A stretch of 64,000 nucleotides of DNA, from assembly GCA_048940645.1 (NCBI GenBank), contig JBHLOI010000006.1, positions 47,316 to 111,315 on the forward strand, in the 5' to 3' direction. The notes below the pieces were generated by a model, which saw only the letters and a program-made list of their open reading frames with translations, made no database searches and was not told the DNA's origin. The DNA comes from Promethearchaeota archaeon (GTDB lineage Archaea > Asgardarchaeota > Lokiarchaeia > Sigyniarchaeales > SOKP01). This document shows, in pieces, positions 18,622 to 28,398 of the stretch; the first letter of the stretch is position 1, and every line of letters starts with the position of its first letter. The position numbers were made by a program, and so were the translations under genes.

Positions 18622-19923
18622 TTAATCCTTTATATCAACTTCTTTATCCAAATATATTTTATGAAACCAATCCACAATATATTGAAGAAAAACACGTTCT
18701 CTAAGAACATCATAATGAGATTTTTCTTTTAAACTCGTAAGTTTTGCAATATCTTCAGATCTTAACTTACCATCTGCTAACAATTCCATTCTAGCTTTAA
18801 ATTGGTCGATCATTTCAATTGGCCTTAATATTTTAGAAATTCTTTTTGAAATTTTATTTATTAACTTTTGAAGATGTTCTTTTTTATCGATTGAAATCGA
18901 AATATTAGAATCAAAAAAAAACTTAATTTTACGTAAAATCTCCTCCTTTTTATAAAAGTTAATTAGGTTCTTAGGTTTAAGTAATTCCAAGAGATATAGA
19001 ATTAATTTATCTGTAATTGAGCCCTCGATATTAAGATCAATTAATTCTTGCTTGAGTTTTAATAAAAACTGTTCTGTTAAGAATTCTTTATATTTGATAA
19101 TTATTGCTTCATTTTCTTTGACATCTGAACATATTTCAATTACTTCACCTTTGGGTGTTGAAAAGGTGAATCCAAATCCTTGAGGACCTATACCATATAA
19201 AATAACCATTGATAAGTTATAGAATTTATATTGTTCGTGAGAAGTATTTTTTTTTATGTTATTTAAGATGTTTTTTGGTGAAACTAAATGTTTTTTATTT
19301 GCAAATTTAAACTCGATAAGTTTCTCATTTTTATTCACATAGTTCTTATTAAATGAACAAATGAAATCCTCCAAATTACCCAACAATTTAATGCTTAATC
19401 CATAAACGTTATATTCGTTCAAATAGTTTAAGATTAAATCTATGTCATAACCATCATTAGAATAAAAAGAATATTCGCTAAAATAATTGTCATAATACCT
19501 ATATAAATTGGAAGGCATTAATTTCCTAACATATAAGATAAAACTATTAGAAACACTTCCAAATAAATCTATTAAATTAGAAATGAATAGAGAATCATTC
19601 TTAATATTTTCAACAATTTTTAATTCTGAATCAGTTAAATCTTTATCAACTAAATTGTATTTATTAACAAATCTCAAAATATTAAAAATTTCACCTAAAT
19701 TAAGATTTCTAATACATTCTATTAATAAATTGGAGACTATTTCAATTCGATTTGGAATTTTACGGGGATTGATAAAAATATCTAAATCTATTGATTTCTC
19801 AATTAGCTTTCTAATTTTTTCAAATTTTTTAATTTTTAAAAAGTAAGATATATATCCATAATATTTATTTTCTAACTCTCTTCTTTCTGATTCATTTTGC
19901 ATACTCAAGTTGAACTCATCCAA
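18622..19923 (-). CDS. Hypothetical protein
   Basis: 433 aa ORF with a conserved-looking core GIGPQGFGFTFSTPKGEVIEICSD and EKSHYDVLRER. Confidence 0.8.
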   Translation of the reverse strand: MDEFNLSMQNESERRELENKYYGYISYFLKIKKFEKIRKLIEKSIDLDIFINPRKIPNRIEIVSNLLIECIRNLNLGEIFNILRFVNKYNLVDKDLTDSELKIVENIKNDSLFISNLIDLFGSVSNSFILYVRKLMPSNLYRYYDNYFSEYSFYSNDGYDIDLILNYLNEYNVYGLSIKLLGNLEDFICSFNKNYVNKNEKLIEFKFANKKHLVSPKNILNNIKKNTSHEQYKFYNLSMVILYGIGPQGFGFTFSTPKGEVIEICSDVKENEAIIIKYKEFLTEQFLLKLKQELIDLNIEGSITDKLILYLLELLKPKNLINFYKKEEILRKIKFFFDSNISISIDKKEHLQKLINKISKRISKILRPIEMIDQFKARMELLADGKLRSEDIAKLTSLKEKSHYDVLRERVFLQYIVDWFHKIYLDKEVDIKD

Positions 19924-20024
19924 TCCCTTTTTTCATAGATTGACTTAAAGCTTGAATTTTCTTGTGATAGTTTTAAAGAATAAGTAATTTTAAAATCATT
20001 CATATAATTTTTATATCATTAAAA

Positions 20025-20396
20025 TTAATCCAATAGAGCTGCTATTCTATTTGCTACACTCTGAATGTTGAGAAAAACCATTCCTAAACTTGCATTTGCA
20101 TGGCATAATGTACATAATATAGCATTTTCACCAGCTTTAGACAGAATTATAATTCCACTTACTCCCTCAATAAGAATCCTTTTTAAACCTCCACGATCTA
20201 ATTCCTCAACCGCTCTTTCTGATACACTCTGAATTGCTGCTGACATAGCAGATACAATACCATCATTTACATCACGGCTTAAAACAGAACAAATTGGAAG
20301 TCCTTGTACACTAACAATAGCCGACCCCTCTATATCCGAATTTACAGCAGATAATTTTCTTAGCAGATCTGTAAGTTCACTGATGTTTTCAGACAA
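20025..20396 (-). CDS. Roadblock/LC7 (MglB-like) protein
   Basis: IEGSAIVSVQGLPICS..VSAMSAAI..ELDRGGLKRILIEG..LGMVFL; GGAGG upstream of the TTG start. Confidence 0.92.
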   Translation of the reverse strand: MSENISELTDLLRKLSAVNSDIEGSAIVSVQGLPICSVLSRDVNDGIVSAMSAAIQSVSERAVEELDRGGLKRILIEGVSGIIILSKAGENAILCTLCHANASLGMVFLNIQSVANRIAALLD

Positions 20397-20629
20397 AATT
20401 TAATTCCTCCATAATGTATTACGTTGTAGAATTAATCTCCTTAACTTTTTCCTCAACAATAATTCAAATTAAATGGGTGATAAATTATTCAATTATATGA
20501 TCTATTAAAATTAACTATATTTAATTATTAATATTTACTTTATTTATTTTTATTTTTATTTTTAGTTATAGTGTGAAATAATAAGCTTTTAAAAAATATT
20601 TTTATCAATATTTACATTTACTGATTTTA

Positions 20630-21610
20630 ATGAGTAAGGATCAAAAATTAAAAAGTAAACCTGATGAAAAGAAAAGCAAAGAGGAATTAGAAAAAGAGGC
20701 TGAAGAAAAACAACATGAAATTGAATCACTAAGAAAAGCTGGAAAAATTGCTCAAGAAGTTAAAAGTTTTATTAAACCAAGGATAAAAATAGATACCAAG
20801 GTTTTAGATTTAATTGAATCAACAGAATCAAAAATAGTGGAATTAGGAGGAAGCTGTGCTTTTCCTGTAAATATAGGAATAAATAATATAGCAGCTCATT
20901 ACACATCTCCATTAAAAGACGATAATCTTGTGATAAAGAATGGAGATATTGTAAAAATTGATTTAGGGGTACATATTGACGGATATATTGTCGATACAGC
21001 TTTCACTATAAACTTTAATGATGAAAAAGTATTAGAAAATATTATTCAAGCAACAGAAGTGGCTGTAGAAGCGGCAAAAATGATGGCTAAACCAAAAATC
21101 AATACAAAAGATATAGGAAAGAAAATTGAAGATATTGTAAGGGGATTTAAATATATTCCAATTAAAGAACTAGGAGGTCATCAAGTTGAAAGATGGACAG
21201 TTCATGGCAAAAAACAGTTACCAGAATTAGGATCTCAAGGTGGTGATATAATGGAAGAAGGAGATGCGTTTGCTGTTGAGATATTTGCCTCAACAGGAAA
21301 TGGTTCTGTTCATTACACAAATGCCTCATATATATACGAACTTAATCCGTATACAGGAAGGGTTCCTTTAAGAAGAAAATTTTCAAAACAGATCTTAGGA
21401 TTTATTAATAAGAATTATAAAACCCTGCCGTTTGCTGAAAGATGGTTAGGAAAAGAATTTAGAATGGGGGTTCTTTTTGGACTTCAAGAACTAGTACAAC
21501 AAGATAAATTGAAGGTACATAGTGTTTTGGCAGAACAAAAAGGTACTTATGTAGCTCAAACTGAAGAAACTATATTAATAACTGAAGATGGTTATGAACA
21601 ACTGACTTAA
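20630..21610 (+). CDS. map: Methionine aminopeptidase type II
   Basis: AFPVN..AAHYT, KIDLGVHIDGYIVDTA, GGH, AVEIFAS, TLPFAERW insertion domain. Confidence 0.96.
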   Translation: MSKDQKLKSKPDEKKSKEELEKEAEEKQHEIESLRKAGKIAQEVKSFIKPRIKIDTKVLDLIESTESKIVELGGSCAFPVNIGINNIAAHYTSPLKDDNLVIKNGDIVKIDLGVHIDGYIVDTAFTINFNDEKVLENIIQATEVAVEAAKMMAKPKINTKDIGKKIEDIVRGFKYIPIKELGGHQVERWTVHGKKQLPELGSQGGDIMEEGDAFAVEIFASTGNGSVHYTNASYIYELNPYTGRVPLRRKFSKQILGFINKNYKTLPFAERWLGKEFRMGVLFGLQELVQQDKLKVHSVLAEQKGTYVAQTEETILITEDGYEQLT

Positions 21611-21627
21611 ATAATATTAATTATCAA

Positions 21628-22758
21628 TTGAAAAAAAAAATTCTATATATGAAAAAGTTGAAAATTGCCCTTGTTTCTCTCACAATTTCTCCAGATAGTC
21701 AAGATGGAAGTGCAAAATTTTTTTCAGGAATATATAATTATCTGAAAAATAGAGGACATGATGTTAAAGTTATAACTGGTAGATGGAACCTTAATTTAGG
21801 TGATCCAAATGTTTCACAAATTAAAATAATTCGAAAGAGTTATTTATGGATACCTCAATTCACTTTAAAAGTCAATAGATTTTTAAGAAATACTGATTTT
21901 GATATTATTCATGGAAATGGACCTAAAGGTACTTTACCCTTACTATTATACAACAAAAAAAATTTTATCTCAACTATTCATGATCTAGGACCTATTGAAT
22001 CTAGTTTTTCATTAATTCCAATTGAGAAGATATTAATTAATGAGGTTATTAAAAAGGCTAATATCATAACAACATGTTCAGAATTTACTAAACATCAAAT
22101 TAAAAATTTCTTTCCTAAAATTGAAACGAATAAAATTCATAATTTATATTCGGCGATTGAAAGCAAATTTAAACCTTATCCTAAAAAAGCGGAACAACTT
22201 AAAGAAAATTTTGGCTTAAAAGGCCCTGTAGCTTTATATATTGGACGTATAGCCTTGTATAAGGATATTGAAAACGTTATTAAAGCATATAAATATGCAA
22301 AAAAAGAAATAGCTAATCTTGAATTAGTAATTGGTGGAACCCCAGATTTTTATATGAAGGAAACTTATAAAAGGTGGAAACAAAAATATAAAGATATTCA
22401 CTTTATTGGTTTCATTCCAGAAGTAGAACTTCCAATTTATTATAGTATGGGTGATGTTTTTATTACTTATTCATATTCTTCAGAGGGATTTGGGTTAACT
22501 CCAATTGAAGCAATTGCATGTGGAACACCCGTAATTTGTTCTTCTATAGGAGCGTATAAGGAAGTTTTGCAAGACAATGCTATTTTTGTTCCACCCAAAA
22601 AACCACAATTTTTAGCAAGGGAACTAATAAATTTGATTAATGATGATGAAAAGCGCAAAGAATTACTTAAGAATGCTCAAAACTTTATATCCAGATATTC
22701 GTGGAATTCTGTTGGAGAAAAATTAGAGAAAGTATATGAAAGATTTTTATCAATATAA
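21628..22758 (+). CDS. GT4-family glycosyltransferase
   Basis: YIGRIALYKD, EGFGLTPIEAIACGTPVI. Confidence 0.92.
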   Translation: MKKKILYMKKLKIALVSLTISPDSQDGSAKFFSGIYNYLKNRGHDVKVITGRWNLNLGDPNVSQIKIIRKSYLWIPQFTLKVNRFLRNTDFDIIHGNGPKGTLPLLLYNKKNFISTIHDLGPIESSFSLIPIEKILINEVIKKANIITTCSEFTKHQIKNFFPKIETNKIHNLYSAIESKFKPYPKKAEQLKENFGLKGPVALYIGRIALYKDIENVIKAYKYAKKEIANLELVIGGTPDFYMKETYKRWKQKYKDIHFIGFIPEVELPIYYSMGDVFITYSYSSEGFGLTPIEAIACGTPVICSSIGAYKEVLQDNAIFVPPKKPQFLARELINLINDDEKRKELLKNAQNFISRYSWNSVGEKLEKVYERFLSI

Positions 22759-22767
22759 GATGAACTT

Positions 22768-23838
22768 CTAGTTTTTCATTTTTTTACTAAATTCATTTAA
22801 AGCTATGTCTATTGGATTTTCTAATTGTCTAACTTTCTCATTTGTGTTTATTTTATAATTTTTATCTAAAAATTTTAAAGCAGTATTGATTATCAAATCA
22901 GCATTCCTTACATGTTTTAACGGAAAACCATGATCTATAAGAAATTGCTCTTGAGGATAAGTGGCTAATGGAAAAAATTCTATTGAAGGAACACCTAATA
23001 ACGCAGATTCTCTAACCATCGTACCTCCTCCAGTTATAACCATTTTAGCATAAAACATAAAATGTGCTAGATTGTTTAATCCAGTGTAAATACTAATTAT
23101 ATTTTGTTTGATGTGTTTCTTGAAAAAATTATTTAAATATTTATACTGTTCAATATTTCGAGTTAATATTAAAAATTTTAAATCAACTTCATTTTCTAGT
23201 AATTCTGGTATGATTTTACTTAACTTTGTTTCATGAGGAGCCATTTTATCTGTTAAATACCCTGCTTTTGATGGTTCTGTTCTACATACAATGTAGCTAT
23301 CAGGACTAAGCCCATGGGATTTAATGATTTCTCTATTTGGTTTAAAATCTGAAAGCCATCCAACCTCATCAATCCCATTAAATCTTATTATTCTCTCCTC
23401 CTTTAATCCGTAATCCAAATACCATTCGATAGGTATACATTGAGGAACTATAATTTGATTAACATATGGAAAAGTTGTGGAGCATGGACCATAAGATCGT
23501 GGTTCATCATTAAACATAATATTAGGAATTTGAAGACCAAACGAAATTCTCATTGCTTCTGGAGACGTTATACAAAATAAAAAATTAGGTTTTTTTTTAA
23601 TTATAATTTTTATTAATCTAGATAATCTATTCGAATAAGCTAATAATTTTCCTTCTAAAGTTCCGCCACCATAGCTTCCTACAGGAGTATAACTAACATT
23701 CCATTGATTTAATAAGAAATGAGTAGAATCGAAATCTCTAGCTGTTATAAAAACTTCATAATCCTCTATTAAACTCTCATAAAGAGGTCTTAACATAGTG
23801 ACACTCTTTGGCTCACAAAAATCTAACCATATTTTCAT
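22768..23838 (-). CDS. DUF354-family GT-B fold protein
   Basis: MKIWLD..PK, VFITARD, GGGTMVRESALLGVPSI. Confidence 0.85.
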   Translation of the reverse strand: MKIWLDFCEPKSVTMLRPLYESLIEDYEVFITARDFDSTHFLLNQWNVSYTPVGSYGGGTLEGKLLAYSNRLSRLIKIIIKKKPNFLFCITSPEAMRISFGLQIPNIMFNDEPRSYGPCSTTFPYVNQIIVPQCIPIEWYLDYGLKEERIIRFNGIDEVGWLSDFKPNREIIKSHGLSPDSYIVCRTEPSKAGYLTDKMAPHETKLSKIIPELLENEVDLKFLILTRNIEQYKYLNNFFKKHIKQNIISIYTGLNNLAHFMFYAKMVITGGGTMVRESALLGVPSIEFFPLATYPQEQFLIDHGFPLKHVRNADLIINTALKFLDKNYKINTNEKVRQLENPIDIALNEFSKKMKN

Positions 23839-23860
23839 GAAATCCCTTCTAAGTATTTAC

Positions 23861-24865
23861 TTAAACACGTGGTTTATAGTTCCAAAATTCTGGGTTTTTA
23901 GTAATCCAATCAATTTCTTTCTTAATCCCTTCAACAAAATTCGTTTTTGGTTGATATCCTAATGTCTTATGAATTAGAGAATTATCAAGTATAAAATCTC
24001 GTAATTCTCCTGGCAATCTCCTTCGATCTGGTTGATATTTACTTGCCTTTCCTGGTGGAGGATTGTCAAAAATTGGATTTAATGTAGAGTTTCCAAATAG
24101 TTTTATTAAAATATGTGCTAAATCAACAATTGAGTATGAGGTTCCTCCACCAACATTAAACACCATCCCATTGCCCTTTTCACTTTTTATTGCCATCATA
24201 TTTGCTTCAACAACATCCGATATATATACAAAATCCCTTCTTTGTTTGCCATCACCAAAAATAATAGGTGATTTCCCCTCTAATAGACGTTTTATAAATA
24301 TTGTTAATACTCTTCCGTACCATTCACGAGGACCATATACTATTCCATATCTCAGAGAGATAGTTGGGAGATTATTTAATAAAAAATACTGACTACAATA
24401 CTTCTCTCCAGCTAATTTACTTACACCATAAGGCCAATGAGGCAAAAGAGGATGGTTTTCAGATTCTGGTATAAATTGTGCTTGACCATAAACGCCTCCC
24501 GATGACGCATATACTAATTTTTTAATATTATTTTTTAAAGAAGCATTTAAAACATTTAGAGTACCTATAATATTCGTCTTCAAGTCATGTAAGGTATTTT
24601 CTATTCCCGTAAAAACTTCTAATTCAGCAGCATGGTGTGAAACAATGTCTATATTTTTCATGCATGAATTTAATTTATTAAAATCTAATATATCACCCTC
24701 AATAATCTTAACTTGTTTGTTTTGGATGAACTCTTTATTTCCTGTTGAAAAGTTATCATATATTATTATATTCTTCGCTTTCTCTTTAATAATGCGATCT
24801 GCTAAATGAGATCCAATAAATCCTGCTCCACCTGTTATTAAAACATTTTTATCTTTGATTTCCAT
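23861..24865 (-). CDS. NAD-dependent nucleotide-sugar epimerase/dehydratase (extended SDR)
   Basis: TGGAGFIGSHL, YASS, PYGVSK (YxxxK), IFGDGKQRRDFVYI. Confidence 0.95.
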   Translation of the reverse strand: MEIKDKNVLITGGAGFIGSHLADRIIKEKAKNIIIYDNFSTGNKEFIQNKQVKIIEGDILDFNKLNSCMKNIDIVSHHAAELEVFTGIENTLHDLKTNIIGTLNVLNASLKNNIKKLVYASSGGVYGQAQFIPESENHPLLPHWPYGVSKLAGEKYCSQYFLLNNLPTISLRYGIVYGPREWYGRVLTIFIKRLLEGKSPIIFGDGKQRRDFVYISDVVEANMMAIKSEKGNGMVFNVGGGTSYSIVDLAHILIKLFGNSTLNPIFDNPPPGKASKYQPDRRRLPGELRDFILDNSLIHKTLGYQPKTNFVEGIKKEIDWITKNPEFWNYKPRV

Positions 24866-25124
24866 TATGATTCTTTATTAATTATTTATATAGGATTCTA
24901 ATCCTCTAATTATTATAAGAAACCTTTAAATTAATCTATTACTTGGTTGAAAATGAAAATTTAATTATTATTATATTTTTAAATACTGTCCCTTTATTAT
25001 ATCTTTCAATATATGTTTCAACAAAAGTTCACATCTAAAGAGTTGTAGAAAAATTAATTTAAATTATGGATAATTTCTTAAAGTCATATTTTATTTTAAA
25101 AAATATAATTAAAAAATCGATTCT

Positions 25125-26489
25125 ATGATTTTAATATCACAATTAAACTGGGAATTACTTGAAATATTCTATTTAATTATTATTTTTCTTAGCGGTTTTC
25201 TTGTAAGTTATATATTTATACCATATCTCATGAAATTAATGAGGAAAAAACGGTATATTGGATATGATATTCACAAAAATGCAAAACCTGAAATTCCTGA
25301 ATCAGGAGGTTTAAGCCTTATCCTTGGATTGACAGTAACTTCTATATTCTCGATCATATTTTTTCCTGCATTGCGTAATGAATTGTTAATTTTCCTCTTA
25401 ACGATTCTATTATCCGGAGCAATTGGTTTTATAGATGATCGGATAAAATTAAGATCACTATATAAGATTTTATTAACAATTTTTACAGGAGTAATTATTT
25501 TTGTGGCAAATTTTTTTGGTTTTATAACCATTCATTCTCCTACAATACCTTTCTTAGGATTTACAAGATTAACAAGAATTTATCCATTTGTGGCTCCTTT
25601 AATCGTAGCTTTTTTTGCGAATACATCAAATATGCTAGAAGGATATAATGGTGAAGGTTCAGGGACATCCTTAATAGCATTATTTTTTCTTCTAATTTGT
25701 GCTATATTTTGGAATTCTGCTGAAGCTTTAATATTCATTATTTCTGGAATTAGTGTTTTGATTCCTTTTTTCCTATATAATAAATTCCCTGCTAAAATAT
25801 TTCCTGGAGATGTAGGTACTTTAGGCATGGGTTCTCTTTTTGCGTGTATTGCATTATTAGGTTCTTTGGAGGTTGCAGTATTTTGCGCACTTCTCATTCA
25901 AGTTATTAATAGTTTTTATGTGATTAGTTCTGTAAAAGGTTTTTTAGAAAGCAGTGAGATTCAAACTCAGAAAAATGATATAATACTTTTAGAGGATGAT
26001 AGAATAAAAGCTTCTGATCAAAAAGATGCAGCATTAACTTTACCTAGATTAATTTTAGCAAAAGGACCATTAAAAGAACCAGAATTAATAAAACAATTTT
26101 ATATTATTTCAATTATTTGTGGGATTTTTTCCATAACAGCATTCTTATCTATACAATGGACATTAGGAAATTTAGATACTCTTATATTTCTTCTTTTTTT
26201 CATGATTTTTTTAGTTTTAATTATATTAATTTCATACTTTTTCCCCAGAATAAGAGGAACCGTAATTTTAATGATAGTCCTTTTAGGTATAATTAGTATT
26301 TCATTGTTTTTTATCGATTCTGTTATTATGTCGATTTTTCAACAGGATATTAACTTGGGGATAATTATTATTCCTAGTAATATTCTTTTTTCAATACTTT
26401 TAGTTGCTCCAGGATTGATATTATGGTATTTGTTAACAATCAAATTTTTTTGGAGACAAATTGAAAAAATGAAAGAGTCGGGAACATAG
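25125..26489 (+). CDS. aglH: UDP-GlcNAc:dolichol-phosphate GlcNAc-1-P transferase (AglH/Alg7/DPAGT1-like)
   Basis: GYDIHK..PEIPESGG, IGFIDD, NMLEGYNG, YNKFPAKIFPGDVG. Confidence 0.85.
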   Translation: MILISQLNWELLEIFYLIIIFLSGFLVSYIFIPYLMKLMRKKRYIGYDIHKNAKPEIPESGGLSLILGLTVTSIFSIIFFPALRNELLIFLLTILLSGAIGFIDDRIKLRSLYKILLTIFTGVIIFVANFFGFITIHSPTIPFLGFTRLTRIYPFVAPLIVAFFANTSNMLEGYNGEGSGTSLIALFFLLICAIFWNSAEALIFIISGISVLIPFFLYNKFPAKIFPGDVGTLGMGSLFACIALLGSLEVAVFCALLIQVINSFYVISSVKGFLESSEIQTQKNDIILLEDDRIKASDQKDAALTLPRLILAKGPLKEPELIKQFYIISIICGIFSITAFLSIQWTLGNLDTLIFLLFFMIFLVLIILISYFFPRIRGTVILMIVLLGIISISLFFIDSVIMSIFQQDINLGIIIIPSNILFSILLVAPGLILWYLLTIKFFWRQIEKMKESGT

Positions 26490-26591
26490 ACTTTTATGTA
26501 TACTATGATTCCCTTTAAACAAAACCCAATATTAATATTTTTCACAAAATTTTTACAATCATAATTTTTATTAAATTACTTTAAGGCAATC

Positions 26592-27656
26592 ATGAAGAAA
26601 ATATTAGTTACTGGTTCTGGAGGTCCAGCAGGAGTAAATTTTCTAAAGTCATTGAATTTAGTCAAAGAGAAAATCCAATTATATGGTACAGATATTAATC
26701 CTTATCATTTAGAATTTGGAAAACCCTGGACAAAAAAAATGTTTTTAATTCCTCGAGCAGTTTCGGATCAGTTTATACCAAGCCTAAATGAAATAATAAA
26801 TCAATATAAAATAGATTTTATCCATCCTCAACCTGATATTGAGGTCTTAAATGTTTCTGAAAATCGTGAAAAACTTAATGCAATTACTTATTTACCAAAA
26901 AAAGAAACAATTCGAATATGTCAAGATAAATTTTCTAGTGCTGCTATTTGGAGAAAAAAAAATTTTCCTTCTATTAGAGCCATTGAAATCAGGGACACCC
27001 ATTTAGAAAGTGATCTGGAAAATGCATTTAATGTATTAGGAGAAAAATTATGGATACGTGCCAAAAAAGGTGCTGGTGGCACCGGAAGCACTCCAGTTGA
27101 AAATGTAGAGACGGGAGTTAATTGGATAAAATATTGGCGTTCCCGCGGTAAAAAATGGGAATTTATTGCCCAAAAATATTTACCAGGTAGAAATATCGCT
27201 TTTCAAAGTATTTTTAAAAATGGAGAATTAATAACTTCACAAGCAAGAGAAAGAATTGAATATATCTATCCCTATCTCGCTCCTTCGGGAGTAACAGGAA
27301 CTCCTATAGTAGCTAAAACTATACATGATTATAATGTAAATAATATAGCTACCCAGACAGTACTAGCAATTGATCCAGACGCAACAGGAGTATTTTGTGT
27401 TGATTTAAAAGTGGATGAATCCGGAGAAATTTGCCCTACAGAAATTAATGCAGGTAGATTTTTTACAACGAGCTATTTTTTCTCTTACGCAGCCAAAAAA
27501 TTTAATAATCCTCTAGCAAATATGCCATACATTTTAGTAAAACTTGCATTTAAAGAATCAATACCTGAAGGTCAAAAATTTAATGTTTTACCAAAAGATC
27601 TCTATTGGATAAGGCATATTGATTGCTCTGAACATTTAATTGAAGGGAAAAATTAA
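26592..27656 (+). CDS. ATP-grasp protein (type found in glycan loci)
   Basis: ILVTGSGGPAG, CQDKF, KKGAGG, QKYLPG, VDLK, PTEINAGRF. Confidence 0.85.
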   Translation: MKKILVTGSGGPAGVNFLKSLNLVKEKIQLYGTDINPYHLEFGKPWTKKMFLIPRAVSDQFIPSLNEIINQYKIDFIHPQPDIEVLNVSENREKLNAITYLPKKETIRICQDKFSSAAIWRKKNFPSIRAIEIRDTHLESDLENAFNVLGEKLWIRAKKGAGGTGSTPVENVETGVNWIKYWRSRGKKWEFIAQKYLPGRNIAFQSIFKNGELITSQARERIEYIYPYLAPSGVTGTPIVAKTIHDYNVNNIATQTVLAIDPDATGVFCVDLKVDESGEICPTEINAGRFFTTSYFFSYAAKKFNNPLANMPYILVKLAFKESIPEGQKFNVLPKDLYWIRHIDCSEHLIEGKN

Positions 27657-27681
27657 TTTTTATATAAAAATATTTCATCTT

Positions 27682-27981
27682 TTATAAGTCATTATTACAT
27701 CTACAGGGCTTATTACCGCATTTTTTGCACTGATTTGGGTATTTATTAAAGAGGGCATCCTCTAAATCAATATTCAATAAATTTGCTAATGAATTTGTCC
27801 ATGCAATGATATCAGCTAATTCTTCTGAAACTTTATTAGTATCAATATTATCTTTTCTTAAAAGTGTCGCTAGTTCACCGATTTCTTCAACTAACCAAAT
27901 GAATGTATTTTTAATGCCTCTCTTACAATCTTTCTTAAAATATAACTCTTTAATCAAATCTTGAAACTCAGAAATCTTCAT
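27682..27981 (-). CDS. MazG-family nucleotide pyrophosphohydrolase with C-terminal Cys cluster
   Basis: WLVEEIGELA, EELADIIAW, CKKCGNKPCRC. Confidence 0.9.
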   Translation of the reverse strand: MKISEFQDLIKELYFKKDCKRGIKNTFIWLVEEIGELATLLRKDNIDTNKVSEELADIIAWTNSLANLLNIDLEDALFNKYPNQCKKCGNKPCRCNNDL

Positions 27982-28029
27982 AATAAAATCTTACTAAGTA
28001 TAATAAGAATAAGTGATTTAAATTTAAGA

Positions 28030-28239
28030 TTAAAAAAACCATTCAAAAATACCAAGATGAGCAAATATTACAACTAATATTAATACAAGTGTCATAATAA
28101 CTGTACTAATAGGTCCCACCTTTATTCCAATAGAACTATCCTCGAAAAACCTCATTAATCCCGCTCCTCCCATAGGCATTGGAGCAGTTCCACTTCGTCT
28201 TTTTCGACGTCTTGATTGGTTTCTTCTTCTTGTAGACAT
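28030..28239 (-). CDS. secG: Preprotein translocase subunit Sec61-beta
   Basis: GAGLMRFFED..GIKVGP followed by a single TM ending in H; basic N-terminus. Confidence 0.92.
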   Translation of the reverse strand: MSTRRRNQSRRRKRRSGTAPMPMGGAGLMRFFEDSSIGIKVGPISTVIMTLVLILVVIFAHLGIFEWFF

Positions 28240-28398
28240 GATTTTCTAATTTATTAAAAAGTTTTTAATCAAGAATTATTTAAATATAGAGATCTATTAA
28301 TATTAAGTTTTATCCCGAATCATAAAAATAAAATTAAATAAATTTTTATTATTTATTTTAATTATTTGTAGTTAATTTAAGGAGTAAAATAAAAAAAT

